Positions 25,568-26,534 of a stretch of DNA of 26,534 nucleotides are shown here, one piece after another (positions within the stretch are counted from its first letter, which is position 1; every line of letters starts with the position of its first letter). Both the position numbers and the translations under genes were made by a program. Origin of the DNA: a virus (Duplodnaviria; Caudoviricetes). The notes under the pieces were generated by a model. That model saw only the letters and a program-made list of their open reading frames with translations. It searched no databases and had not been told where the DNA came from. Where the stretch lies: positions 1 to 26,534 of the IMG/VR virus record IMGVR_UViG_3300030376_004534; one strand, 5' to 3'.

Positions 25568-26005
25568 CTATTCTATGTTACCTAGATGCTGTCCTCGCCA
25601 TTCAAACTGGACAACATATTCGTTTTCGTCATCTAAGGCATTTAGCTGCGTTGATTCAATCCTACAATTAAAACAATTACTACTATCTGTTAATACCATA
25701 GCTGTGTTATCGTGTATTAACGCCTCAATTCTTGATACATACCTCAAAACGTGGTCAAGAGATGTCTTGTTTACATTTGGGTCTGCAAAATAATAAAATA
25801 TATTAACTTGATATTCTCTAGTTTCACTATGAGCCATATACTGCGTTAATGTACTTCCTATAGGGTCTAGCCGTAAATATTGATTTCCTTGCTCTTTTTG
25901 CTCGTGACCAATATATACAGGCAAAGAACCCTTAAATTCTGTTCTAAGTTTATCTCTTAATTTATTAAGAATATTAGTAAAATTGCTAGTAAAAGTTACA
26001 GGCAT
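25568..26005 (-). CDS. Tail terminator/completion protein
   Basis: 145 aa; helix-'PVYIG'-strand-strand-helix('VSRIEALI')-strand layout and position before the tube gene. Confidence 0.62.
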   Translation of the reverse strand: MPVTFTSNFTNILNKLRDKLRTEFKGSLPVYIGHEQKEQGNQYLRLDPIGSTLTQYMAHSETREYQVNIFYYFADPNVNKTSLDHVLRYVSRIEALIHDNTAMVLTDSSNCFNCRIESTQLNALDDENEYVVQFEWRGQHLGNIE

Positions 26006-26534
26006 TAGTAAAGCCTTCCATATTTTCTAATTCTTGTCATTTTAACAGTTTTACCACTTGAATTGTCTACATCTTCATATTTACCAAATACTTCTATTTC
26101 CCATTCATCAGCAGTTCCAGAAACATTTGCAGTAGACCCTGAATCAGGATTCATATCTTCACCAGCAAATCTTATTTGTAAACCACTTGCTAAAGATTGG
26201 TAATCACCATTTATTGTTTCATCAGTAACAACTTGTGTACTTTTAAGTTTATCTCCATCTTTAACGTACACACTATATTTTGCTGTTCCTATTCTCCCAC
26301 CTGTAGTAATAATTACTTTAATTAAATCATAGCTACCAGACCATTCACCTCTTGTGTCTACAGGTCTAATTGAGCCATCAGTATAACTTACATCTCTTAT
26401 AACGCCTTGTGATGAATCTCTTGTAACTTGAAAACTTAAAGCTGCCCTACCCTCATTAATATTATTAATATTAAGCATAGCTTCTTCCATTAAAGCATTA
26501 GCAAGTTCACTATTAGGGTCGTGGCTTTTAATCA
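26005..26534 (-). CDS. Head-tail connector-like protein with C-terminal beta extension; 5' truncated
   Basis: Frame is open to the window edge (..IKSHDPNSELANALMEEAMLNINNINEG..); helical part resembles an adaptor C-terminus. Confidence 0.5.
   Translation of the reverse strand, partial: IKSHDPNSELANALMEEAMLNINNINEGRAALSFQVTRDSSQGVIRDVSYTDGSIRPVDTRGEWSGSYDLIKVIITTGGRIGTAKYSVYVKDGDKLKSTQVVTDETINGDYQSLASGLQIRFAGEDMNPDSGSTANVSGTADEWEIEVFGKYEDVDNSSGKTVKMTRIRKYGRLY

Noticed and set aside
20430-25793. Plus-strand ORFs within the tail region (e.g. 22733-23344, 25354-25671)
   Set aside because: Antisense shadows of tape measure, tail and neck genes.
1391-26225. Other CTGATGA hammerhead-core heptamers (plus strand near 3646; minus strand near 1391, 5943, 24176, 26105, 26219)
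   Set aside because: All lie inside coding genes and I saw no matching stem II-GAAA-stem III arrangement.
1-26534. Alternative genetic code or diversity-generating retroelement
   Set aside because: Long core genes are intact in code 11 and use all three stops; no reverse transcriptase or template/variable repeat pair was seen.

Overview
AT-rich fragment (roughly 30% GC by eye) of a long-tailed dsDNA phage genome, probably siphovirus-like. Left: partial GH24 lysozyme, major capsid and scaffold on the minus strand. These diverge from a plus-strand terminase large subunit-portal-neck-holin-like block, which converges on a minus-strand terminase small subunit. Middle (6.8-15.6 kb, plus strand): tiny early ORFs with repeated junction sequences, a complete hammerhead ribozyme, a TTATAA-rich hairpin region, Cro-like HTH, Sak3-type annealing protein, SSB, initiator-like protein, two DNA methyltransferases, a resolvase and Nin-like genes. 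Right (minus strand): neck, tail terminator, tail tube, frameshifted chaperones, tape measure and tail-tip genes. Best candidate for a new system: the large tail-tip protein ends in a clear two-repeat dockerin, and the next, translationally coupled gene looks like a stand-alone cohesin, suggesting a cellulosome-type docking pair on a virion. Also notable are two related hairpins whose loops are antisense to ribosome-binding sites, and apparent complete avoidance of CATG. All calls come from reading motifs by eye; no searches were run. No integrase, tRNA or CRISPR array was seen.
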